DNA from: Octopus sinensis
Taxonomy: Eukaryota
Reading direction: 5' to 3'
NCBI RefSeq assembly: GCF_006345805.1
Contig: NC_043026.1
Location: 5,828,001-5,892,000, forward strand
DNA length: 64,000 nt
Within the stretch, counting starts at the first letter, position 1. Each line of letters opens with the position of its first letter. The notes beneath the pieces were generated by a model. That model did not search any database. It saw nothing but the letters and a program-made list of their open reading frames with translations, and was not told where the DNA came from. Shown here piece by piece: positions 12,824 through 25,650 of the stretch. The translations under genes were made by a program, and so were the position numbers.

Positions 12824-13050
12824 GGCGAGCTGGCAGAAACGTTAGCAAGCCGGGCGAAATGCTTAGCGGTATTTCGTCTGCGTTACGTTGTGAGTTCAAA
12901 TTACACCGAGGTCGACTTTGCCTTTCATCCTTTCGGGGTCGATAAATTAAGTACCAGTTACGCACTGGGGTCGATGTAATCGACTTAATACCTATGTCTG
13001 TCCTTGTTTGTCCCCTCTGTGTTTAGCCCCTTGTGGGTAATTAAGAAATA
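12824..13050 (+). mobile_element. SINE family B with 19-bp TSD, inserted in a family-D copy
   Basis: GGTTTGACTGAAACTGGTA at 12805-12823 and 13051-13069. Confidence 0.9.
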
Positions 13051-15146
13051 GGTTTGACTGAAACTGGTAACCTGGAGAGCTGCCCCAGGTTCCAATCTGA
13101 TTTGGCATGGTTTCTACATCCGGATGCCCATCCTAACGCTAACTACCCCAAGAGTGTAAGGGATGCCTTTTAAGTACCTGTTACAGGGCACCAGCATCAG
13201 CCACAACTAGTTTCACTCGGCCTGATGGGTCTTCTCAAGCATGACTTATCACTAAAGGCCACAGTCACTTATCCCCTCCAGGAGACCCATCATTCAAAGG
13301 ATGCTTTTTACATGTCACCAGCATCGGTTGCCATATATCGTTTGAAACACAAATCCTTTGTTTCGATTAACTTTAAACATAGGCACAAGCGTGTCTGTGT
13401 GGCCAAGAAGTTTGCTTACCAACTACATGGTACTGGGTTCACTCCCACCTTGGGCAAGTGCCTTCTCTTAAGTCCAGAGCTGATCAAAGTCTTTTGAGTG
13501 GATTGATATTATTAATGTCAACATGTACAGGAATGGCTGTGTGGTAAGAATCTTGCTTCCCAACCACATGGTTCCAAGTTCAGTCCCACTGCCTGGCACT
13601 TTGGGCATTTGTCTTCTATAGCCATGGGTCAACCAAAGCCTTGTTAGTGGATGTGACAGATGGAAACTGAAAGAAGCCTGTCATATATATGCATATATTT
13701 GTGGGTCTCTCTGGTTGTGTTTGCTCCCCACCATCATCATCATCATCATCATCATTGTTCGACCGTGGTCGAGACAATGGAATTTACCATGCTACGCCAG
13801 ACTTCACGGTCCATCATGGCATTACGGAGGTCCTGTTGCTGGATGCCTGTATCCCTGGAGATTACATTAGGGTAGGAGAGTGTGTTTGCATTCCCCATAA
13901 CTTAGAGATCTGGCAAAAAGAGACCGATAGAATAAGTACCAGGCTTACAAAGATTAAGTCCTGGGTCGATTTCTTCGACTAAAAGGTGGTGCTCCAGCAT
14001 GGCCACAGTCAAATGACTGACACAAGTAAAGGAATAAAAGAATCCAACCATAGAAACCATACCAAAACAGACATGGACCCTGGGCGGCGCTTCAGATGGT
14101 CAGCTCCTGTCAAACCATCCAACCCATGCCAGCATGGAAAACGGATGTTAAATGATGATGAGGAAGAATTCAGGTAAAAAAAAATCCTTATGGAGTTGAT
14201 GTTTGGAGATTTAACTACTCTCTTATTTCTCTCTTTTACTTGTTTCAGTCATTTGACTGCAGCCATGCTGGAGCACCGCCTTTAATCGAGCAACTCGACC
14301 CTGGGACTTATTCTTTTGTAAGCCCAGTACTTATTCCATCGGTCACTTTTGCCGAACCGCTAAGTAACGGGGAAATAAACACACCAGCATCGGTTGTCAA
14401 GCAATGTCTAGGGGGACAAAGACAGACACACAAACACACACATGCATATATACATATATACGACGGGCTTCTTTCAGTTTCCGTCTACCAATCACTCACA
14501 AGGCTTTGGTCGGCCGAGGCTATAGTAGAAAACACTTGCCCAAGGTGCATGCAGTGGGACTGAACCCGGACCATGTGGTGGTAAGCAAGCTACTTACCAC
14601 ACAGCCACTCCTACGCCTATATAATTAGCAGGAAATATTAGAAGATTTTAATTTAGATCATTTCAAAACAGGGAATTTGTATCACAGAATCATGGGGTTG
14701 ACATCAAAAGGGTTAAGGGTACGTGTCTCTGGAATACTCGGCCACTCACATATACTTTTATTTTCATCAATCAAAAATTCGGGTGAGCAAACTATTGAAT
14801 GTTTATCATTGAAACTGCCAGAGGACCAATCATTATAGACACAAAGTCACCTCTGAAAGGTCATCATAGATTATGAGGCCCAGTATTTGTACCCGCTTTC
14901 CACCCAAGACACACACACACAGCAAAAGTATTTTTCTCTTCTCCTCACAGAAAACAAAAACAGATAATTTTTTTTTTGAGTTCCATTAATTATAATCCAA
15001 TCAATATCATATGACCATGTGACTGACCAGACAATCAGATGTTGTTACACATCACTAGTCACAATGCGCTTTGCATAATTTTAGCCTTCAAACGACGCCA
15101 ACCCAATGGCTAGGCAAGCAGACCCGACATTCTCCCCTCATCAAAA

Positions 15147-15474
15147 GGGGAACTGGAGTAACATGAAATGAAGGGTTTTGCTCAAGACCACAACAAACAG
15201 TCCAGTCCAGGAATCAAACCCATGGTCTAGCTATCAGGAGTGGGACAACCTAACCGCTAAGCCACCCACCATGTAATAAATGTATAACATAATATTATGT
15301 ATATTTGTCAGGGGAACTGGAGTAACATGAAATGAAGGGTTTTGCTCAAGACCACAACAAACAGTCCAGTCCAGGAATCGAACCCATGGTCTAGCGATCA
15401 GGAGTGGGACAACCTAGCCGCTAAGCCACCCACCATGTAATAAATGTATAACATAATATTATGTATATTTGTCA
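15147..15474. repeat. 164-bp tandem duplication
   Basis: 15147-15310 and 15311-15474 are near identical. Confidence 0.9.
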
Positions 15475-16605
15475 ATTGAAGACCACCAGACATGTCCATC
15501 TCCCCTCAACCTCCTCTCGTCACCCTCAGCATCCCTGCCCTCATCCCTCCTTCTCTCACTGAGCTTCACTCACACTAACACTCTGGAATTCTCTTTCCCC
15601 ACCACCACCTTTACACAAACTGTTGGAGCAGAATGTAAACATAAACCACATCAATCTGACCAGTCGCAGAGGACATGGGAAGAGAGGTAGAATTGTGCAA
15701 GGCATAGATACTGCCCCTACCCACTAAAGCTGTATACACACACACACAAAGACAGAAAAAAAAAAGAAGAAAACCCCTTCCACTTTGCAGAAGACTTGTA
15801 GCAACAGACAACAGATAGAACACATGATCGTATTACCAGTTAACTAGTTTGGTTGTAATGGGGTTCAGAAGGTGATGGTTTGGTAACCAGTTGGGAGGTT
15901 AGAGAGATTTGAGATCACATAAAAGGTCAAACGTTTCAAAAAAAAAAAAAAAAAAAAAAAAAAACTGGCATTTATAAATAAAGTGTGAAAGTTTTCAGCT
16001 GAACTAGAGGGGTGTAGTTTTTGCTGCCAAGTGGATGTGATCTACAATACATTATGTGTGTGTGTGTGAATGTAGCAGCTGTAATGGCCCAGAGGTCTTC
16101 AATGTGTCAGGCATAGCTGCTGTGTAGCGGCGAGCTGGCAGAATCGTTAGCACACCGGGTGAAATGCGTAGCCGTATTTCGTCCGCTGAGGTCGACTTTG
16201 CCTTTCATCCTTTCGGGGTCGATAAATTAAGTACCAGTTACGCACTGGGGTCGATGTAATCGACTTAATGTCCTTGTTTGTCCCCTCTGTGTTTAGCCCC
16301 TTGTGGGTAGTAAAGAAATAGGTATTTCATCTGCTGTTACGTTCTGAGTTCAAATTCCGCCGAGGTTGACTTTGCCTTTCATCCTTTCGGGGTCGATAAA
16401 TAAAGTACCAGTTACGCACTGGGGTCGATGTAATCGACTTAATATCTTTGTCTGTCCTTGTTTGTCCCCTCTATGTTTAGCCCCTTGTGGGCAATAAAAA
16501 ATAAGAAGCTTATTTTCCAACCACATGGGTCTGGGTTCAGTCCCACTGTTGTGACACCTTCGGTGTCTTCAATTACAACCTCATGCTGACAGAAACTGAA
16601 AGAAA

Positions 16606-16652
<47 letters not shown>

Positions 16653-17768
16653 GTATATAAGTATGTATGTGTATATGTTTGTGTGTCTGTGTTTGTCCCG
16701 CCACCTATTTCTTTACTGTCCACAAGGGGCTAAACAGAGGGGACAAACAAGGACAGACAAACGGAGTAAGTCGATTGCATCGACCCGTGCGTAACTGGTA
16801 CTTATTTAATCGACCCTGAAAGGATGAAAAGCAAAGTCGACCTCGGCGGAATTTGAACTCAGAACGCAACGGCAGACGAAATACCGCTAAGCATTTCGCC
16901 CGGCATGCAAACGATTCTGCCAGCTCACCGCCCAACCATATATATATGTATGTATGTATGTGTATATGTTTGTGTGTCTGTATTTGTCCTCCCACCACCA
17001 TTGCTCAACAACCGATGGTGGTGTGTTTACGTCCCCGTAACTCAGCGGTTTGGCAAAAAAGAAACCGATAGAATAAATACTAGGCTTACAAAGAATAAGT
17101 CCTGGGGTCGATTTGCTCGACTAAAGGCGGTGACCCAGTATGGCCGCAGTCAAATGACTGAAACAAGTAAAAGAGTGATCAAACGTAGGTGCCGTTCATT
17201 AGCTCGCTCCATCCATCAAATCGACATTACCTTAACACCTGATGTGTATCACGCATCAGGTGTCGAAATCGTCGCAGAGCAACGCGAGATGAACACAACA
17301 CACCACACCACCCAGTCCAGGAACTGAAACCACAACCTCGCGATCGTGACTGCAACACCTTAACCCCTAGGCTACACACCCTCACTGTGTATATGTCCCA
17401 GAAGTCTTCACTGTGTCAGGCGTGGGTGTGTGGTAAGAAGCATGTTTTCCAACTACATGGTTCTGGGTTCAGTCCCACTGTGTGACATACATGTATGTAT
17501 ATACACATTGTGGATTCTCTTTTGAAAGACAACAGATAATGGGTCTGCAATTTCTTGGTGTTTGACCGGCACAAATTTGTTTATGGTGGTCAAACGTTTG
17601 TGCTGTACATTAAGCTCACTCCCTCCCTCAAATCGATGTTGCCTGAGCAGCGGTTAAGAGCGCAGGCTACCAACCCCAAGATTTCGAGTTCAATTCCAAG
17701 CAATGACCTGATCAATAACAACAACAACAATAATAATAATAACATTGAAAAATGTATGTTTATATATA

Positions 17769-18158
17769 GGTGCAGGAGTGGCAGCGTGTTAAGTAGCATG
17801 CTTACCAACCACATGGTTCCAGGTTCAGTCCCACTGTGTGGCACCTTGGGCAAGTGTCTTCTACTATAGCCTCGGGATGACCAAAGCCTTGAGTGGATTT
17901 GGTAGACGGAAACTGAAAGAAGTCTGTTGTATATATATATATACATATATATGTGTGTGTGTTTGTCCCCCCAACATCACTTGACAACCGATGCTGGTGT
18001 GTTTACGTCCCCCGTAACTTAGCAGTTCGGCAAATAAAGACCGATAGAATAAGTACTAGGCTTACAAAGAATAAGTCCTGGAGTCGATTTGTTCGACTAA
18101 AGGTGGTGCTCCAGCATGGCCACGGTCAAATGACTGAAACAAGTAAAAGAATAAAGAA
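17769..18158 (+). mobile_element. SINE family A, full length
   Basis: Colinear with consensus; further full copies at 11464-11820, 14230-14617 (-), 18448-18833, 18980-19360 (-), 20975-21354 (-), 47417-47800, 61130-61645. Confidence 0.9.
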
Positions 18159-19804
18159 TATATATATATATATTTCGAGGGGCATCTACCACATCTACTC
18201 ACAAGGCTTTCGTTGGCCCGAGGCTATAGTAGAAGACACTTGCCCAAGGTGCCACGCAGTGGGACTGAACCCGGAACCATGTGGTTGGGAAGCAAGCTTC
18301 TTACCACACAGCCGCGCCTCTTAGACTTTAACAGATTATTCCTTGTTGTTTAGTTCTGGGTCACCCTTGATGCAACAAACATACAATCAATGTGCTCCAG
18401 CTGTGACCACCTAGTCTGTATTTCAGCTATTCATTTTTTTTTTCTTTGGCGCAGGAGTGGCTCTGTGGTAAGTGGCTTGCTAACCAACCACATGGTTCCG
18501 GGTTCAGTCCCACTGCGTGGCATCTTGGGCAAGTGTCTTCTGCTATAGCCCCGGGCCGACCAATGCCTTGTGAGTGGATTTGGTAGACGGAAACTGAAAG
18601 AAGCCTGTCGTATATATGTATATATATATATATATGTGTGTGTGTGAGTTTGTGTGTCTGTGTTTGTTCCCCTAGCATTGCTTGACAACCGATGCTGGTG
18701 TGTTTACGTCCCCGTCACTTAGCGGTTCGGGGTTACAAAAAGAATGAGTCCTGGGGTCGAGTTGCTCGACTAAAAGGCGGTGCTCCAGCATGGCTGCAGT
18801 CAAAATGACTGAAACAAGTAAAAGAATAAAAGACAATAGAATGTGATGTGAAGGCATTTTTTGTTGCTGCTATTTCTAGCTAGTCGAGTGATCCCACAAA
18901 AGACTCACTTTGTTGACTCAAGCTAAACTGTTTGTCGTACTTGTATTTGTGAGTAGCCAATTTCATACTCTCTTTTAACTCTCCTTTACTTGTCTCAGTC
19001 ATTTGACTGTGGCCATGCAGGAGCACCGCCTTTAGTCAAGCAAATCGACCCCAAGATTTATTCTTCGGAAGCCTAGTACTTATTCTACCAGTCTCTTTTG
19101 CCAGACTGCTAGGTTACAAGGACGTAAACACACCAGCATCGGTTGTCAAGCAATGCTAGGGGAACAAACACAGACGCACAAACACACACACATACATATA
19201 TACGATAGGCTTCTTTCAGTTTCCGTCTACCAAATCCACTCACAAGGCTTTAGTCGGCCCGAAGCTATAGTAGAAGACACTTGCCCAAGGTGCCAGGCAG
19301 TGGGACTGAACCCGGAACCATGTGGTTGCTAAGCAAGCTACTTACTACACAGCCACTCCTATATACATATATACCACAGGCTTCTTTCAGTTTCCGTCTA
19401 CCAAATCCACTCACAAGGCTTTGGTCGGCCCAAGGCTATAGTAGAAGACACTTGCCCAAGGTGTCGCGGATTGGGAATGAACCCAAAACCATGTGGTTGG
19501 TAAGCAAGCTACTTACCGCACAGCCACTCGTGTGACTATATCTCGGATATCTTTTGCCTGTTACGGTCATTTGACTGGAGCACCGCTGTCTTTCATCTTT
19601 TACTTGTTTCCGTCATCCGACTGTGGCCATGCTACGACACCACCTTGAAGGCTTTCGCCAACCAAATCAACCCCAGCACTTATTTTTAAGACTGGTACTT
19701 ATACTATTGGTCACTCTTGCTAAACTGTTAAGCTATGGTAGACATAAACAAACCTACACCAGTCAAGTGGTGGTGATGGACAAACACAAACACATATATA
19801 TATA

Positions 19805-20112
19805 TCACGTGATCACGTGACCGACCAGGCTATCAGATGTTGTTACACATTTCTGGTCACAATGCGCTTCGCATTGTTTTAGCCTTCAAATGACGCCACC
19901 CCGCTGGCTAAGCGAGCAGGCCAACAGAAGAAAGAGTGAAAGAAAGTTGTGGCGAAAGAGTACAGCAGGGATCGCCGCCACCCCCCGCTGGAGCCTCGTG
20001 GAGCTTTAGGTGTTTTCGCTCAATAAACACACACAATGCCCGGTCTGGGAATCGAAACCGCGATCCTCCGACCGCGAGTCCGCTGCCCTAACCACTGGGC
20101 CATTGCGCCTCC
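19805..20112 (-). mobile_element. SINE family C, full length
   Basis: Homologous to 668-962 and 51146-51439. Confidence 0.85.
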
Positions 20113-21890
20113 ACTGGACTCTCCTGTCATTAGACGACATATTTCTTATCAAACAACCGCACAGATGATTTGTTTATAATGATCAAATGTTTGTGTAGAC
20201 ATAAGTTCACTCCTTTTATCAGATTGACATTACCTGTACAGGTGCAACTGGGTGACACATGTCAGATGCTGAAATGATCGCAGAGCAACATGAAATGAAG
20301 TGCTTATCTCAAGAACACAACGCAGCACCCAGTCTGGGAATCAAACCCATGAAGCCCACATTCGTGAGTGCAACACCCTAACCATTAAGCCATGCACCTT
20401 CACATTATATATAATATATATATATATTATATATATCAGCACCACCTTGGCTGGCTTCTGTGCCGGTGGCACGTTAAAAGCACCAACCGATTGTGGCCGA
20501 TGCCAGACTCCCCTGGCACCTGTGCAGGTGGCACGTAAAAAGCACCCACTACACTCACAGAGTGGTTGGCGTTAGGAAGGGCATCCAGCCGTAGAAACAT
20601 TGCCAGATCAGACTGGGCCTGGTGCAGCCTTCTGGCTTCCCAGACCCCAGTTGAACCTTCCAACCCATGCTAGCATGGAAAGCGGACGCTAAACGAAGAT
20701 GATGATGATATATATATATATATATATATACATACATACACACGCACGCGATGGGCTTCTTTCAGTTTCCATCTATCAAATTCACTCACAAGGCTTTGGT
20801 CATCCCAGGACAATAGTAAAGGACACTTACCCAAATTGCCACACAGTGGAACTGAACCTAGAACCATATGGTTGGGAAGCAGACTTCTTACCACGCAGCC
20901 AAAGTGGGTAATATTCTTATCCACTAAGCAGTTAGTATGTTTATACCATAATTGTTCAACCTACTAACCTTATTCTCTTTTACCCTTTTACTTGTTTCAG
21001 TCATTTGACTGCGGCCATGCTGGAGCACCGCCTTTAATCGAGCAACTCGACCCCGGGACTTATTCTTTTGTAAGCCCAGTACTTATTCTATCGGTCTCTT
21101 TTGCCGAACTGCTAAGTAACGGGGACATAAACACACCAGCATCGGTTGTCAAGCAATGCTAGGGGACAAACACATACACGCACATATATATACATATATA
21201 CGACGGGCTTCTTTCAGTTTCCGTCTACCAAATCCACTCACAAGGCTTTGGTCGGCCCGAGGCTATAGTAGAAGACACTTGCCCAAGGTGCCACGCAGTG
21301 GGACTGAACCTGGAACCATGTGGTTGGTAGACAAGCTACTTACCACACAGCCACAATTTTGTAGATAGAACACTAATTCTTAATGTAGATATAAAGTTTC
21401 TGGGTTCAAATCTCATCAAGAACCATGTACACATCCAGGATTAAGGCAGCTGATCACAAGTAAAATATGGATTTGGTAGATGGAAACTGAAAGAAGCCCA
21501 TTTTGTATATGTATATATATTTGTGTGTGTGTGTGTGTGTGTATGTGTCTTTGTGTGTCCCTCCAACATCGCTTGATTACGTCCCTGTAACTTAGCAGTT
21601 CAGCAAAAGAGATAGAATAAGTACTACGTTTACAAAGAATAAGTCCTGGGATCGATCTCTTCAATAGTAAAAAAAAACCTTTAAGGTGGTGCTCCAGCAT
21701 GGCCGCAGTCAAATGACTGAAACATGTAAATGAATAAAAGTATGTATGTATGTATGTGAGAGTACTTCATTGCCACTGTCCTGCAAAAACATGACTGGCC
21801 ATGGAGATTATCTCACTTGGAAAAGGTGAGGGTTAGCAACAGGAAGAGCAATCCAGCTGCAGAAAATGGAAGGCAGTGAGCTGGCAGAAT

Positions 21891-22470
21891 CCCAAGGCTG
21901 AGCAGACAGGCCCAGTGCTGAGGCTGAGCAGACAGGCCCAGACAGGTCCAGTCCCGAGGCTGAGCAGACGGGCCCAGTTCCAAGGCTGAGCAGACAGGTC
22001 CAGTTCCAAGGCCGAGCAGACAGACCCAGTGCTGAGGCTGAGCAGACAGGCCCAGTTCCGAGGCCGAGCAGACAGGCCCAGTGCTGAGGCCGAGCAGACA
22101 GGCCCAGTGCTGAGGCTGAGCAGACAGGCCCAGTGCTGAGGCTGAGCAGACAGGCCCAAACAGGTCCAGTCCCGAGGCTGAGTAGACGGGCCCAGTTCCA
22201 AGGCTGAGCAGACAGGTCCAGTTCCGAGGCCGAGCAGACAGACCCAGTGCTGAGGCTGAGCAGACAGACCCAGTTCCGAGGCCGAGCAGACAGGCCCAGT
22301 GCTGAGGCCGAGCAGACAGGCCCAGTGCTGAGGCTGAGCAAACAGGCCCAGTTTCAATGCTGAGCAGACAGGTCTAGTCCTGAGGCCGAGCAGACAGGCC
22401 CAGTTCCAAGGCTGAGCAAACAGGCCTAGTGCTGAGGCTGAGCAGACAGGCCCAGCTCCAAAACCGAGCA
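21891..22470. repeat. GC-rich 26-bp minisatellite
   Basis: Units such as GCTGAGCAGACAGGCCCAGTGCTGAG and GCTGAGCAGACGGGCCCAGTTCCAAG, about 20 copies. Confidence 0.9.
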
Positions 22471-22871
22471 AACACTTTGCTCTGAGGCTGAATCAACAAG
22501 CCACGCTTTAAGATTCAAAGATTTAGCAGATTTTGCAATTAGGTATCACAAACAATACAGTAACGATAATTAGAATATTTTTTTTTAATTAAAATCTTTC
22601 ATGACACATTTGTTTTTTAAATAAAACCTGTAATGAGTCATTAGCCTTTTAGCTATATTTTTCTGTACACCCACAAATAACCTGTGTGAATGTGTGTGTG
22701 TGGGTGTATTTAATGAATCTAGTGTCAGTTTTCTAACGAGTATTCCAGCCATCATCTAATGAACATTGGCACTGAACAATCATTGTATTATTGCACATGT
22801 GGTTGAGTATTTCACAGACACTGGTACTATTAACGCAATCCTCAGTGAAACAAGACCTTCGAGTTAACACA

Positions 22872-23420
22872 TACTGTAAATCCTCGAGTATAATCCGCAT
22901 TTTTTCCCCAAAAATTTAAAGGTGAAAATCCTTAGTGCGTAGTATATAAGAAATCCTTTTAAAAGAAGCTTTGCACAACAAATATATACATTTAGATACT
23001 TAAAAAGATACTTCACTATCTAACTATATCTGGACTTTAAAGAATGATACTATAAACAATTACCGTAAATCCTCGAGTGTAATCCGCATTTTTTTCCCAA
23101 AATTTAAAGGTCAAAATCCCTAGTGCGTACTATATACAAGGTTAAAAATGAAAATTATTTTCTAAGCAATGTCCGAGTCTCTATTTGCTGTCGAACCCGA
23201 GGCTATAGTAGAAGACACTTGCCCAAGGTGTCACGCAGTGGGACTGAACCCGGAACCATGTGGTTCGTAAGCAAGCTACTTACCACACAGCCATTCCTAG
23301 CGGAATAAAAATTAATAAACATGTCATAATTTGTGAATGCAATCCCTAGTGCGTACTATATATAAGGTTAAAAATGAAAATTATTTTCTAAGCAATGTCC
23401 GAGTCTCTATTTGCCACTAA
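22872..23420 (+). mobile_element. Fragments of a probable Tc1/mariner-pogo-type non-autonomous element
   Basis: TA|C(T/C)GTAAATCCTCGAGT(A/G)TAATCCGC terminus at 22872 and 23061; internal segment repeated at ~23341. Confidence 0.4.
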
Positions 23421-23857
23421 AAGCCACTCACTCGAACCACTTCCATCTGATGAATGCTCTATTTAGCAAGCAGCTTGAAGTAATAGAAAAATAGTACTGT
23501 TTATTGTACTATATAATGATATAATGTTACACAACAATACACCTGAGTAACTACTGTATCTCATGATATACACATCCATTCACACACACACATCTGCATA
23601 CATATATCTTTTACTTGCTTCAGTCGCTGAACTGTGGCCATGCTGGGGCACAGCCTTGAAGAGTTTGGTCGACCCAATACTTACTCATTTACTTGTTTCA
23701 GTCATTTGACTGCGGCCATGCTGGAGCACTGCCATGATCGAGCAGACCGACCCCATGACTTATTCTTTGTAAGCCTTTCATCAGTCCCTTTTGGCGAACC
23801 GCTAAGTTACGGGGACGTAAACACACCATCGGTTGTCAAGCGATGTTGGGAGTACAG

Positions 23858-23888
<31 letters not shown>

Positions 23889-25220
23889 CATATATATATA
23901 CATACATACGACGGGCTTCTTTCAGTTTCCGTCTACCAAATCCACTCACAAGGCGTTGGTCGGCCCGAAGCTATAGTAGAAGACACTTGTCGAAGCCTGG
24001 CACTTATTCTATCGGATCTCCTTTTGCTGAACTGCTGAGTTATGGGGACGTCAACAAACCAACACTGGTTGTGAAGCAGTAGGGAAGACCACACACACAC
24101 ACACACAAAGGGCTTGTTTCAGATTCTGTCTACTTACAGGGCTTTGGTCAACCCCAAGGGTGGAGAAGAAGACACTTGCCCAAGGTGCCACACAATGGGA
24201 TTGAACCCGGAACCATGTGGTTGGGAAGCGAACACCTTACTACACGGCCATGCCTGTGACTACATGAGAGAGAGAGAGAGAGAGAGAACGAGAGAGACGA
24301 CAAGGTTGCATGTGACCTGAAATACTAGAAATAGCAGCAAAATTCCCCTCGTTCATTATCTTGACAAAGCAAGAACAGAAAAGATAAACCAGAGGTTTGC
24401 TCATTCATGGTTGACCTGGGGCTAAACAACACCACCACCACTACCACTACCTATTTCTTTACTACCCACAAGGGGCTAAACATAGATGGGACAAACAAGG
24501 ACAGACAAACGGATTAAGCCGATTATATCGACCCCAGTGCGTAACTGGTACTTAATTTATCGACCCCAAAAGGATGAAAGGCAAAGTCGACCTCGGCGGA
24601 ATTTGAACTCAGAACGTAACGGCCGACGAAAATACCGCTAAGCATTTCGCCCGGCGTGCTAACGTTTCTGCCATACCGACGTCACCACCATCTTGAAAGT
24701 GTTCGAGTAGCGAGAGATAGAAAGAGAAAAAGAAATACAAAAATAAAGGAGAAGGTGAAACAGAGAGAGAGAGAGAAAAGAGTGATAAAATAATATGAAG
24801 ATAGAGAGAGAGAGACAAAAAAAAGAGAGTGGCAAAGTGAAAGGTGGAGGTGGTGATGGTGGGCTGGCGATAGCGGATGTAGAATGTATCTGACGAGGTT
24901 CGCAGGGAGTAAAAGAAGATATAAAAAAAAAACAGAAAATGGCGTGGTTGACAGACAAAAACAAAAATTAAAACAATTTAAAAGCTGTTAAAAAAAACTT
25001 CCCTAACGACATGCGAAAGAACAAAGTGGTTTCAAATTCTGGCAAGAGGCCCTTGTGGGTAATAAAGAAAAGGGTAACGATCGCGCTCGAATGGTGCTTT
25101 TTACGTGCCACCGGCACGGGGGGGCCAACCAGCGGCCCTGGCAACGATCACGCTCGGATGGAGTTCTTAGCGCTCCACTAGTACAGATTTAAAAATTTTT
25201 TCTTCCCTGTTCGATTTCTG

Positions 25221-25650
25221 GCGATCTTTCGTCTCTAGTAGACCTTTCCGTCGATTTCCGTAAAAAAATTTTTTTTTTTTTTTTTTTACATATGGGCTTG
25301 CGGGAACTTTTGAAGTAATATACATACATATACACATACACCGAGTAAAAAATTTCAGTTATCTCTTTCTTTCACACATTACTCTCTCTGTCTCTTCACA
25401 CACACTAACAGAAGCACTTCACTTACACAACCCCCTGTCTGTCTCCCACACCACATCAAACACACACACACATGTACATCAATGCTTCCCCTGGACGGTA
25501 ACTTCAAAAGAACTTCCCTCGTCATACAATCGCTTTCTCTTAGTCTCTTTCGCTCTCATTACTTCAAAAGTTCCCGCAAGCCCATATGTAAAAAAAAAAA
25601 AAATTTTTACGGAAATCGACGGAAAGGTCTACTAGAGACGAAAGATTGCC
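25221..25650. mobile_element. MITE, GGCGATC-terminus family, ~100-bp TIRs
   Basis: GGCGATCTTTCGTCTCTAGTAG...CTACTAGAGACGAAAGATTGCC; second copy in opposite orientation at 58541-58975. Confidence 0.85.

Noticed and set aside
20035-20112. tRNA-Arg(TCG)-like sequence
   Set aside because: It is the head of multi-copy SINE family C and continues into the SINE body
21808-22471. 177- and 212-aa ORFs
   Set aside because: Arise from a 26-bp unit that cycles through frames; no coding signature
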